Positions 35,824 to 48,247 of a stretch of DNA of 64,000 nt are shown in pieces. Every line of letters begins with the position of its first letter. Position 1 is the first letter of the stretch. A model generated the notes under the pieces. That model made no database searches. It had not been told where the DNA came from and saw only the letters and a program-made list of their open reading frames with translations. The translations under genes were made by a program, and so were the position numbers. Source of the DNA: Puccinia triticina (lineage: Eukaryota); assembly GCA_026914245.1 (NCBI GenBank), contig CP110440.1:3162001-3226000 (forward strand), in the 5' to 3' direction.

Positions 35824-38271
35824 TCTAAGTATGTTAAATCCACACTTTCATGAAAATTGGGTTCATGGGTTTCCCCTACCCCTTTTTCAAAAGGCCCCAG
35901 ATGGGCCAGCCAGTTTGGCTTTTGCCCATGTGGCACTAAATCCTCCAGTCCCTTATTTCCAGGCAGAAGTATGTTTGACTTTGCTGCCGTGAAAATTGAG
36001 TTTACAGTCCCCAAACATTGCTGCCTCGGACTGATTCCCCAAATCATGAACCATGATTGAAAAGGAACCGGAATCTCCCGCCTCTGCCTGTTGCAATTGC
36101 AAGGGGAAGGAGGTGGGCAAATGGCATTAAAAAACATTCTCAGCCTGAGCAAACGCATCAGGGGAGTTTAAAAGTAAATTGTTAATCTCTTTGTTCATCC
36201 ATCCAACCTTTACAAGTGTATCAGGGGGACTTTTGACCTTCTATTTCAATTTTATACATAAATTTTATTGTCCAGCCTGAGCAAATGCAGCAGGGGGATT
36301 TTACAGCTTGAGCCCTCGGGCACATTGCAAGCGCAAGGCGGAGGGGTTACCATCAGCCCGCGCAATTACGACGGGGGACGGCTATAAGCTCAACCCCTCA
36401 AGCCCCTACAAATGCAAGGGTGGAGGGGTTAACCAATGGATCAAGCTCAGCCTCTGCAAATGCAAGAGGGGAGCCCAGCCCATGGCACATAGTAATCAAG
36501 CAGGCCGCCTCTTTTTATGTTGAAAAGCAAATACCAACCTTCCCCTTTCAGTCGAGATCAAACACACCAACACCCCACATTAGCAACTCTCCGCATTTGG
36601 TTGGCTCCAACATGCCTCACCCCTTGAAGAAGGTGGGCATCAAAGTTTTTCAACACAGTTGTACTGTTGGATTTCGCGTAACCCGACTGTACAACTGTGT
36701 CAATACTGCACCCAAAACATAGGGCGGGTCAAGCAGATAACCGCTGTGACACTAAGCAAATTTCAGGAGCAAAATGTTCCCGCAGCGGGTAAAACATGTT
36801 ACCAATTGTTATGGTGTGTCAGCTGGCGCTACTTTACCAAGAAGTAGAGAATGTGCTTTGCTACGTTATATGTAGAAAGGGCAGGAATTTTGTCTTTACT
36901 GATAGCAATAACAATTTTCTACCATAACGGGAATAGTTATGATACAAAATTACGCTCAATAACGTAATGTATCATAACTGCCCGGTGTTGAAATTACGTA
37001 GTGCTGGTTGCTACCCGCTAATCTAGAGGATAGAGGACTGGCAGCGCTGGCGCTACGTGGTTGTTACTGCGCTGCGTGCCCGCTATCCGCTAAATCAACG
37101 GGGAGCGGCCCATTTAGCGTTTTTTCGCTACCGCTTCGCTTTTTGGCAGCAATAGCGGATATTTTTCCGCTACGCTACCACTAATTGCCATGGGAGGGTC
37201 TGCGCGTAGCAAGCAGCGCAGCGGTGTTGCCGCTGAGGTATTGCTTTGTTGTCTGGCCATTTAGCAGCCAACCGCTACGCTACGCTACTTGGCCGCTTTT
37301 TGTAGCGTAGCACAGCGGATACACCTTTGCACTTGACGTCCAGGAGGGAATTCTCCCGGTCAGCCATACACTTGGCGTCCAGGAGGAAACTCTCCCGGTC
37401 AGCAATACACTCTTATTGACCGGGAGGGATTCCTCCCAGTCATAAACACTTACTGATCCCTCTCTGTCATATTTACTTGTCAATAGGAAGCACCATAAAA
37501 TTTTAAACTGGAAGGCCCGGTCATCAAGTGTTCATTGATGACCAGGACAGACTCTCTGGCTGGGAGGGATTCCTCCCAGTCAACTTTGGTCTGTTGTGTT
37601 AAATAAACATAAATCAGGATTAATTACACATGCTCGCCAAGAGCTCCTTGGCAGACAGGTGCGTGTATACCTGCTCGCCGAGATATACCTCTCGGCGAGC
37701 AGCTATACGCACATAGGCCCGCCGAGCCTGCTCACCGAGAGCCCCTCGGCGGGCAGGTGCATGTATACCTGCTCGCCGAGAGCACTGCATCAAATATCCG
37801 CGCGGACAAATTTGTCCGACAAGTAGTCGGATGAACTTTGTCCGATGAGTCTGGCAGCCCAGGCCTCAAACATTGCGGAACTCATCAGACAAAGTCTGTC
37901 CAACAACTGCTTGGACAATCTTGTCCGAGCGGTTCATTTCTGCAGTGGAGCCCCTCGGCGGGCAGGTGCATGTATACCTGCTCGCCGAGAGGCTCTTGGC
38001 AAGCAGGGATCTATATGCCTGCTCGCCGAGGATTCCCCATGGCAAGCAGGTATACTTGCACCTGCTCGAGGCTCGGCGGGAAGGTTTACGTAGAACTGCT
38101 CGCCGAGAGGTATGCCTGCTCGCCAAGGATTTTTCTGGAATAGATTTTATTTCAGTTAGATTATGAGTTAAATTGATGGTGTAGCACCCTCTAAAGGAAC
38201 CCTCCTGGTCTGGTGGCGCGTTGAGACCTGGGCCCTTGAAAGTGCGGCGGCGTAGCCGCCTTATACTCTAG
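35824..38271 (+). mobile_element. Non-autonomous Helitron inserted in the Copia 5' LTR
   Basis: 5' TC, 3' GGCGGC-GTA-GCCGCC hairpin plus CTAG, inserted between A and T with no TSD (empty site AAAA^TGAT at 24961-24968). Interior of mixed tandem repeats. Confidence 0.9.
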
Positions 38272-38458
38272 TGATACATATGTCACAACAGCGCTCCCCC
38301 GAGGAGGGAAACTAGCTAAGTTAGCCCCGCAGACTAATTCACAAGTTCGGGTCCTGACGGAGGCTCGCCTCGCGAGTTCCCCGAGAAGTTCGCACTCACC
38401 ACGAGCGGCTTAGAGCTCGTGCTTTTTCTTGACAGCAACTCGTCAGTTCCCCATCCAG

Positions 38459-39769
38459 ATGTCACTTCCTTCTCAAACCAGATCGACTGTGCATAGACTC
38501 ACGACCCAGCAGTTTCGTTGTCGCCCCGCTTCAGTCTTCTCTTGTCGGCAATTCCCCCGGTGGTATTCATCCCGACCCGATCCATCAGCAACCGGTGTGA
38601 ATATTAACCACGCCGAACCTGTCAAACAACCAGTCGCTGCCTCATCGTCATCCCAGGCTCCCCAAGAAAACTCTTTGGAAGAAACAGAGCGTCCGAAACC
38701 ACCTCCTTACCTTCCCCGTCCCCTGGGTGTCGAGGATCCACCTAGTACACGCCCCCGAACTGAAGAAGAAAAGTTAGCTAAATTGGTCGATGAGCAGGCG
38801 AGGTTGCAAGAACGTAAACACCTGTTAATCATGGGCTTTATCTGTTTTTTTTTTTTTTTCAAATATCTCAGAATCGACCATCTAATCACAAGACATATTA
38901 AATCTGACCATTCATTCTTGTACATGTGATGTTGTTCAGAATCTCAGAGGTATCGAGGGGGTATTATCATGACTGGAATCAACTCAGACATAATGGAAAC
39001 AAATTGTGGACGGCTCCACCCAGTTTGATCCAAGACCAGGTGAGCTTTTCTTATTTTTTCTACACATCCCCACTGGCCGGAGACCAACGAACTACGAACC
39101 ATATTGATGACCTTACTAATGTAGCGGGCCTTATATTTCCCGAATATTAGTGGGATCGCACTTTCCAATAAAGAGACAAAACACACCACTGATATCTTCA
39201 CAGACAAAGTCTCGATCTTGGCTGTCGAGAGTACCAGGATGTCTGAGGTAAATCGAAATCCCCCACACCTCCCCCGCCCTCCTAAAGTTGAATTCGAGAC
39301 TAAATTCAAAACTACGGGTATTTGTAGGAACATACGAGGTCATTTTACGGAGAGCCTCTTCGAATGATGGCCGAAGAAAGTAATTTGCAGCTAGTCAGAG
39401 TAAGTTACACGACCTTAGAGTTTAGCTGTCTGCAAAGTGTCGGGCTCAAGAAATTTATATCTTGTACTTAACCAGTTAAACGTTCAAGAAAATCCACTGA
39501 AATCGTGGCTGGTCAGCTTATTCATCAACAACCTACGAAAGACGGTACCCACAAAACAGCACTCAGGATATATTCTAACAAATCAAAGCTTGGAGTATGT
39601 ACGAGAGCCGTTAGGGATGGTAAACAAGCTACTGGGATATGTCTACTTGGTCGATTGGAATAAAAAGGTTCGATGGGCCGGCTGTGGGTTCTCCAATGCC
39701 GACGAAGTTAGTGCATTGTTTTCCGGTACTAGAGCGTTGTTAAAACGATTTGAAGACAATGAGAAATGA
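38459..39769 (+). CDS. ATP10: Mitochondrial ATPase complex assembly factor ATP10 (5 exons)
   Basis: Exons 38459-38823, 38940-39039, 39125-39247, 39328-39399 and 39476-39769. R/S-rich presequence. Motifs LPRPLG, GYYHD, ALYFPN, QENPLK and GYVYLVDWNKKVRWAGCG. Confidence 0.92.
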
Positions 39770-40327
39770 ACTCCAAATACCCGCCACTGATCCTGAGGAC
39801 ACATAGGAAGATGCGAGCAAAATATGAACTTTCTACCGTAAATCAAGTGTAAGACTCGTCTTGTTATTTTGTATATTAACGGAGCCAACAAGTTCAGACG
39901 CCCAAATATCACAACATCAAAGCCATGATAGTGTGGATGAGAAAAGAAAGCAAAACAGAATTTTCAATTTCGATAACAATACAACAAAAGTATAGTCTTA
40001 CAAAATCCCTTAACCCAAGGCATGAGACCATGACATAAAAAGGATAAACACAACTAGTTTGTGTAAGGAGATGAAAGTGGGCAAGTAAAAAACAGATAGT
40101 TATATAAAAAGCAAATTGAAACTGGATCAGCATGAATCAATGTCTATGTGAATATGACTTCCTGCTGCATCCGCCACCCTTGCGGATGTCAATTTAGACA
40201 CAAAAATTGTATTTTTTTTTTTGCACGTAAATCAAGCCCTCGAGGCTCTCAATTAGATCACATTGGTTCCCAGATCTCGGCGGGATTTTGTCCACTCTTG
40301 GTATTTTTTGGAGTCATTTAAATAAAC

Positions 40328-42690
40328 TCAGACAATATCAGCAACCCAAAAACAAAACTTCCAAGATAAATATTGATATCTTTGTGTCCCATTTTAGAAG
40401 CAGAACTGTGGTTAAGCTCGGTGTGATCCTGTAAAAAGATAAGCCAGAGGAAGATATGATTTTGAGTCATAGTTGGAATAGCATTATCGGGTGAGATGAT
40501 TGCAGAGGATTTCTTACAGGAAGAATTATTTTGACATTTCCGGCTTTGTTTGCGGGTGCCTGTATAGGTGTTGCGGATCCAGGGGGTGGTTGAAGGGGTT
40601 GAGGTGATGACAAGTGAGTCGCGTCAATCGTAGGCGGCAGTGGAGCCTGGTTGACGAGGGGAGTTTCTGGAGATTGGGATGGAGTTTTGGCGGGTGAAGA
40701 CGAGTGATTGTGGCCCGATACAGTGATGCCATTTTGAGCAAGTTGAGGTCCAGACGGCATTACACTGCCATTTTGTGTGAGTTGAGGTCCAGGCGATACT
40801 GTAGCACTGCCATTCTGTAAAACATGCGACCCTGGCAAAGCCATGGCATCGCCATTCGGGGAATGATCTGACCCAGTCAAAACAGTGGTGCTGCGGTTTT
40901 GTGAAAGCTGTGGCCCAGACGAAAGCGACAATGACAGGCTTCTTTCAGGTTTTTCCGTTTTTGTGTTTTGGCCCTGAGGTATGATAATAACTGTTCCGGG
41001 CGGCAGACTCTCTAGTTTCTGTGACTTCGGTAGGATCATCACTCCAAATGGTTTGCTGTAAACATCGCCATCCTGCTCGAGTTTGGATTTTGTGAGGTTG
41101 CCTGTTGACCCAAGTGATTTGAAAAATGGGCTTAGCGACATGCTTCCTTGGATCATTTAAATGTGCAGTCAAGATTAAGCTTACCAGTTTGTCCATTAGG
41201 CGTTGAGAGTTCTTTCGTCTCGTTAGCTATGTTGAACGTAGGTATGCCGTCAGATTTAAGCAGGTTTTTACTAGAGAAATCGACATAATAAGCTGGATTT
41301 TAGAGGATGTGAAGGCTCACCAGGTTCTTTTAAATCTTGTGGAATACCAACAATCGGCCTGGTGGGTAGTCCAAGCGACGAGTTATGTTTTACTTGTGTT
41401 TCTATTATTGCAAATCAGCTTGTTTATTATGCGCGATTAATGCATGACCAAATTCTTTGAAAGCGTGCTCACCAGTGACTTTCTGCTCACCAGCGATGTT
41501 CTGCTCACTAGTAGTATTCTGCTCACCACTGCCACTGATGCTTGGTGACGGTGGCGCCACAAGCCCTATTTGAGCTGGTGGTTGGTCTAAGGCCGGACTA
41601 GCAGTTGAATTCTGATGTGGTGCACCAGTTTTACAAGGGCTTTTTAGTTATTTTGCATAGATAAAGGGGAGCGTAATTTATACTATTCAAGACTTACGAT
41701 GGTCCCATTGCTACTCAAACTCGTTGTATTATCTGGGTTTAGAGCCCAAGACGTGGCAGTTCCGTTGGTTAAGCTGATTGTATTATCTGGGTTTTGGACC
41801 GGAGGAGCGGCAGTTATCTGAGGAACAGTATCTAAAAATCCAATCCAAGTTCAGTTTTTGCTTTTTTTTTTCTCACAATTTAGTTATTCACCATTGGGTC
41901 TCCCTGAAGCTACACTATCCTGTTCCTGCCGAGATGTTGGCGCGCCTGTGTTCGCAGTCGATTGATTTGTGGTAGGAGTTGTTTGACCACTTCGGCTTAA
42001 GTCGTCGGCTTGACCGCTTGGGGAATGCAAGAGCCTACCTGTGGCAGACTGCCCGTCGGCTACATCGGTCGGATTTGTCACGACTTGACTACTCTTGTTG
42101 TTTTGCGCAAAATCTACGCTAGAGTCGCCTTGGATACTTTCTTTGACGACCTTCATAACTTTTTCAGCAAGCACGGAAGCGTTTGCAGTCTTTGGCATGG
42201 TGCCACTTATGCGCACTTCTAGCTTATCTGTCAGACACTTTTCTGTTGTTGTACGAGCATCGGATTTGGTCTACAATCATGTTCGCATCTTGTCAGTGGA
42301 CATAAAAATAAAAGCTTCTGGGACGCCCAAGAGAATACTGACACAATTGGTTTTGGTTTCAGGAACCAGACTACTGTGAACAGACCACGACTCCTCTCCA
42401 TTGTCATGGATCACCGTTTTCGAGTTTATAACTTTTGAGTTATCATGCCGTGTGATTGATTTTAATTCTCTTTGCGAGCGGCGGCTTGGATCAGGCGCGG
42501 TTGTTGCAATGTCGGCCCTGCGGATTATTCGAGTATTCGATCCTGAAGGCAGTCGGCCCGAGTCGGCCAAAGCTGGTATGCGCTCTGCTGTAGCGATGGC
42601 CTCGTCCAGTAAGATTCCTTGGGGATAACCAAGAGCAGTATCCCATCGCAAAATGAGGAATGCCATCATACAATGACTATGGTACCTCAT
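40328..42690 (-). CDS. Probable multi-exon secreted/cell-surface S/T/P/Q-rich protein; exon structure approximate
   Basis: Signal-like N-terminus (MMAFLILRWDTALG-YPQ). Successive minus-strand ORFs at 42277-42690, 41884-42216 and 40467-41156, separated by GT-AG-like introns. xGPQLxQNG repeats. CpG retained, unlike the TEs. Confidence 0.55.
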
Positions 42691-44036
42691 GACCACGCGA
42701 CGAATGGAAAGATGAAGTATGTATGAAGAAAAGGGTCTTTGCCACTTGGGGGAAATAACGAAAAGAATAAAAACAATGATACCCAAAAAACTTAGGTGAG
42801 GGTGGTAATGAAAAGGGTTGTACCTAGTTAGGCACACCGGGTCAGAGAGGGCATGTAGGCTCAAAAGCCAGGATATGATTGAGTCTACCCGGCTTATGCT
42901 CATGCAGATGGTTGCATGGTGGGCTTCAGACTCATGAGTGTCGGCTTCCAGAGCGACGGGTACTGATCCTTAACCGAAGACTCTAGAGAATGAGTTGGTT
43001 CACTTGGTTGAGCTTCTCCAGAAGTTCTTTTCCCATTGTTGTGGGTTCCCGCAGTCAATCATTCCTGGTAGAAACTTAAGGGCATTGTCAAACCACTGCC
43101 ATTACAAAAAAATGGCTTGCAAGACAACTATGTGAGGACCACTGATCCTCACTTGGTCTGCAACCGGGGGAACTTATTTAATTGGATCGCCTCGGCGCCT
43201 CTTTTTGTACCCCCACTGGCCAGTATCCCGGGTGGGATATCCGGTAGATAATCCGGGATATCTGGTGAGCGACTGCGGAGCACACCAGATATCTCAAACC
43301 CGGGGTTCCGAAATCTGCGGATATGGGCGGATATTTCTGGATCTGAAGCGGGGACACCTCTGGAGATTGGATACAACCTCAAGCTGAATCCGTGCCTTAG
43401 TCTCACCATTTTCAAACATATTTAAACTACCACCAGGTGCTCAAGTGGTTGCTTGTGGAGACAGATGCTGCCTTGTAGGCTGATTGCGACAGGCGCATAG
43501 ATTTTCCGAGAGCAACTGGCTTGGAGGCCGTTTGCTCCGCGGCTGGCTCAGGTGAACGCCAAACGTTTCTGACCGGAGGGACTTTGCAAGAGGCTCGGCT
43601 TGGCTTCAGCTGGACAGACTCTTTGGGTTTGGCAGTCACAGACCCGTTAGCTGTTCCCAATATCGAAGACGCTGAAACCCGCCGTCTGGTTCCAGTAAGA
43701 AAGAAGACATTGTGATCAGTAGTATAAACAAGCAATCATATGTTGGTTACACTCACTTTACTGCACTGGAAGCCGCGCATGACGGCTTTTTTCTTGCTGC
43801 CAGCGCTCTTCCTATTGTCACCGTTCAACACAAACACTGATAAATCGGCAGTAGATCCCTTGATTGAGCTTGAGGGGCCAGAGTCCGACTCCAAGTTCTT
43901 GGAATGCTTGTTAGCCTGTTTGACATTTTTTCTTGGCTGGACCGCAGTAACAAAGATACAAGCACCTTTCTTTGGATGAACTGAACCATTGCGCAGAAAA
44001 TGTTACCCCAATTCAATTTGACACTATTTAAAAAAA

Positions 44037-45389
44037 GGGGGTTAATAAATGTACCCGGGTATTTCCGCATTTGTACCCGGTTTTCGCGTACCCCCTTTTC
44101 CGCGTACGTACCCGGTTTTTTTCTACTCATTTATACGCGAGGCAAATAGGCTCAAAATTCATCTAAAATCCTGAAAAGAATTATGATGCATTCAAAATTC
44201 CAAAAAAGCAACTTTAAATGATTTAATTAATTTTTTGCATACCCCCTTTTCCCAAGTGTGTACTAAGGGAATATCTTTTTTGTTACATGTACCAGGTTTC
44301 CAAAAAATTGAGGGAACATTGAAACATGCATTTGAAGCTTCCTTTGAAGTTTTTGAGAGAAAAAAATAGGTACATGGCGGGTACGTGGTGTGCTTAGTAG
44401 AAAAATGACTGCTACCTGTATAACTTTTTTTTTACACATTTAAAGAGTCTAACAATTTTTGAACTGTTTCTATGGTGTATATTCTGTGCGCCATTAAATT
44501 TATGGCAATGGGGTAAACACAAAACATGAGATATAGGGGTGCCGGGCAGCCTCAATAGGAACAATCTAGCTAATTGAATTTTTTTTTGATAAATTTCCCA
44601 GAAGTCTAAGGACTTAAGGGGTTATATAATGATGCATATTCTCTGCGCTCTGAAACTTTTGGCAATATTGCTACCTCATAACATGAAATATAAGGGGTGT
44701 GTGGTAGTTGTATTGCCTTACTGCGCACCCCTTATATCTAATGCTCTGAGGTACCAATATTGCCAAATGTTTCAGAGCGCAAAGAATATGCATCATTATA
44801 TAACCCCTGCAGTCCTTAGACTTCAGGGAAATTTATCAAAAAAAATATTCAATTAGCCAGATTGTTCCTATTAAGGCTGCCCAGCCCCCCTATATCTCAT
44901 ATTTGGTGTTTACCCCATTGCTATAAATTTGATGGCGCACAGAATATACACCATAGAAACATTTCTGAAATTTTTAGACTCTTTAAATGTGTGACAAAAA
45001 AGTTATACAGGTAGCAGTCATTTTTTTACTAAGCACACCACGTACCCGCCACGTACCTATTTTTTTCTCTCAAAAATTTCAAAGGAAGCTTCAAATGCAT
45101 GTTTAAATGTTCCCTAAATTTTTTGGAAACCTGGTACATGTAACAAAAAAGATATTCCCTTAGTACACACTTGGGAAAAGGGGGTATGCAAAAAATTAAT
45201 TAAATCATTTAAAGTTGCTTTTTTGGACTTTTGAATGCATCATAATTCTTTTCAGGATTTTAGATGAATTTTAAGCCTATTTGCGTCGCGTAGAAATGAG
45301 TAGGAAAAAAAACGGGTACGCATGCGGAAAAGGGGGTACGCAAAAACCGGGTACAGACGTGGAAAAGCCGGGTACGTTTATCAACCCCC
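44037..45389. mobile_element. Foldback/Mutator-like element forming a near-perfect 1.35-kb palindrome
   Basis: GGGGGTTAATAAATGTACCCGG / CCGGGTACGTTTATCAACCCCC. The arms mirror each other up to a ~12-nt loop near 44713. TAAAAAAA flanks both ends. Confidence 0.92.
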
Positions 45390-46214
45390 TAAAAAAAAGC
45401 AAAACTGGTCAGAAGCGTATGGTAAGCTTGTTTTCCGTAGTTCTGACACAGCTCCTCCCAGCTCCATTGGTTGTTGGCCCTTTGCGCTACGGTTGAAGGG
45501 CAGAGGGCTGACAAGAAACCAAAACCAATGAAGTTACAATTCTGATTTCAGGTCAACAAGATTTTTTGAGGATTTGGAAAAACAGTAACATTGTGGGGAC
45601 AGCCTTGGCCATCCCAGAAATGAAAACTAGGGCAAAAAAGGTGCAGAAAACCATGTGTGAGGTTGACTTTAAAAAATCCCCCACCAAAAGGGCTAATTCT
45701 CTACTGCCGCGGGGTCGAAATAAGGTGTAAGTCCCTCCTTTGGAGGTAGCTTCGCTCCCTGAAGGAGGGAATTAGCTAAGTTAGTGGTGTGTTACAATTG
45801 GGCTTCTGAGGTCCTTTTTTTGTAAAAATCATGTAAAATACATACAACCACCCAGTGGATATATATCATAATGTTTTGCAGTGTGTGATCAAGATGGGGC
45901 TCTTCATCCCCATCAAGAAGGATTTTGAATTTTTCAAAAATTGTATGTGTAGGATTTTTTACAAGCCAATTTTAGTCCAACACAACTTTATTTTTTTTCT
46001 TCAAACCAAACCATTCCTTATGTAATCAATAGAGGACAAAACTGCTATCCCAGGATATTAAATAGAAAAAGTTTGGAGGAATTTTGTGAAGGAGGGATCC
46101 TGATTGAGGAGCCAAGAATCAACTTCAGTTCAATCTTGAAGAGTCAGATTTTTGGATTTTTGTGGTCTTAAAAAAATTCCTGCTGGTCCAATTTTCAATA
46201 TTTTCTTTGGAAAA

Positions 46215-46790
46215 GTGGATGAGGAGGTCAAGGACCCAGGAAAGCCCCATAGAACACAGTAACCCAAATTCCCATATTTTTTGAAAAATTCATACATTTT
46301 TGGAGCTCATTCATCCACGTTTGGTGCGTAGGTTCAGAGCTGGTCAAAGAATTCATACAAATTTTGTGTGTACATACTTTTTTTTGCTGCTGTAAAGAAA
46401 TACTCCAAGCAATACTTTTTTTGAGCAGTTATGATGTCTGGGTCATCAGGTTACTATCACACTCACAGTCACCTTGTGCTATTGCCATCAATGATCCTGC
46501 TGCCAGGGGGGGGGGGAGGGGAAGAAAAAAATACGGACACCAGACTGCTGTTGGGGGGGGGGGGGGGGGGGGTTAGAGTCATCACCACATCATCCCCTGA
46601 TTCTCATACATCTTTGGTTGCTACCCCATCTCCTTAAAAAAATCATGCATTTGAGATGATTACCTTTACTAGTCAAAATGACTATTCATACATCTGGGGT
46701 GCATAGGTTTTTTGGTTTCTGACAAAAAATTCACACATTTTTGTTACTGTGTTCCATAGTGGCTTTCCTGGGTCCTGGAGGTCCGCACAA
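46215..46790. repeat. Degenerate inverted-repeat element
   Basis: GGACCCAGGAAAGCCCCATAGAACACAGTAAC (~46232) mirrors GTTACTGTGTTCCATAGTGGCTTTCCTGGGTCC (~46743). Ends not resolved. Confidence 0.5.
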
Positions 46791-48247
46791 TCCTCCTCTA
46801 TCTCCAACCTAACTTTTTACCTCCAGGGAGATGGATGTACAGGAGGTGAAGCCATCCAAAAGTTGGCTACACCAAAACTGGCCAACGGTGACGTGGTTGT
46901 AAGTCAGTCTTAGACTCAAGTCCCTTCTTTGGAGGGGCCGCTATGCGACCAGGGCTGCCCCAAGCTTAACTAAGCCTCTCCAAGGAGGCGCAAAGCATCT
47001 CCCAAGGAGAGGCTTAGGACTCAAGTCCCACTCTTTGCCTGAGGCTGAGAGAAATTTACACAGAAAATCATGATTTTTGTGTTTACATCTCTTGTACTCA
47101 TTTCTCATGGCGTAAAATTCAAAGCCTCCTACATCATGTTGTAGCCCTGATTCTCAGCTCTCTTGTACATATTTTTTCAATCGAGTTTTTCACAAACTGA
47201 CTGCTCTGCGGCCATTCCTGTGAGGGGTTGTCTTTGTGAGATTTCAAGCCTGAGTGAACGGTACTGTCAGCCTGTAGGTAACTAACCGTGTCTGAGAGGG
47301 TTGTTACTAGCAAGATGATGGTGTAAGATGCCAAGGATGGGCCAATGGGTTCGTGGTAAGACCTGTAAAAGGTTTCACTCTATCAGTAATCTTGACTGAG
47401 AGGCTTGCTCAATTAAGGCGCATCCAGATCAACACAGGGTGTTAATAGGCATCCAAGGAATAACTCAACTTGGGTTCGTGGTTTTACCTACAGAAAGGTA
47501 AGGGTAATCAAGAGTTGATTTTATTCCTGAATTGAAAGATGGGTGAGAATGAAGGCACTGTTTAACTATGTATGTTTTAAACCTTGCTATAATAATATTC
47601 TGAGGGATAAACAGTCCTGGGGGGCGTGTTTATATAGAGGGGAAAGAGCAGAAGGGAACATGAGGCACTTGGAGGCGCTTCAGGACCAGGGGGGAACTGG
47701 AAGCGCTCAATGGAAGCAGATCCTCATGAGGATCAACATTGGAAATGATTAGGGCAGTGTAATGATCAGTACTGATCCTAGATCAGTAGCTGTGCGCACT
47801 AGCTGATCATAACCAATCAGTGATTCCATTCAGTGCTCTTTGAATTGGATTACATCATGTATTGTTTATGTATTTATATCATAACCAATATATTATGTAA
47901 ATGGGGACTGAGGTGTAACAGGGGATAAATGAGTGATACCTGTCTTGGGGTATTTCACGTGTACAGTAATATTACAATGTATTGTAATCTTACTGTTGCA
48001 CGTAACTTAACTCTCATAACAACAGTAAATTATGGTAACTGTATTTAACTATGGTTATCTGTAATGTAATGTATAACAGGAGTACATTCTTAAGCTTGTA
48101 TCTAATGATATACATATGTAATAAAGGTGTAAAAAGTAGTGTACTATATGTAATGTGAACAATTGCAGGTACTTGGTACGTGTAAGGTACTGTGACATGT
48201 ACTCTGTGGCTGACACTTCCTCCCTCCAAAAAAGGCTGATCAAAGAA

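Larger units (their letters stand above)
24749..38290 (-). mobile_element. Composite Ty1/Copia locus bounded by ~230-bp LTRs and a GCGCT TSD
   Basis: 3' LTR 24749-24979 (minus TGTTG...TTCA) with PPT at 24980-24992. The 5' LTR is 35608-35823 plus 38272-38290, split by a Helitron. PBS GGTTATGAGCCC at 35596-35607. GCGCT at 24744-24748 and 38291-38295. Confidence 0.85.

Noticed and set aside
34830..37900. CTGATGA hammerhead-core matches (e.g. ~34836 on +, ~37882 on -)
   Set aside because: No correctly spaced GAAA with three supporting helices was seen.
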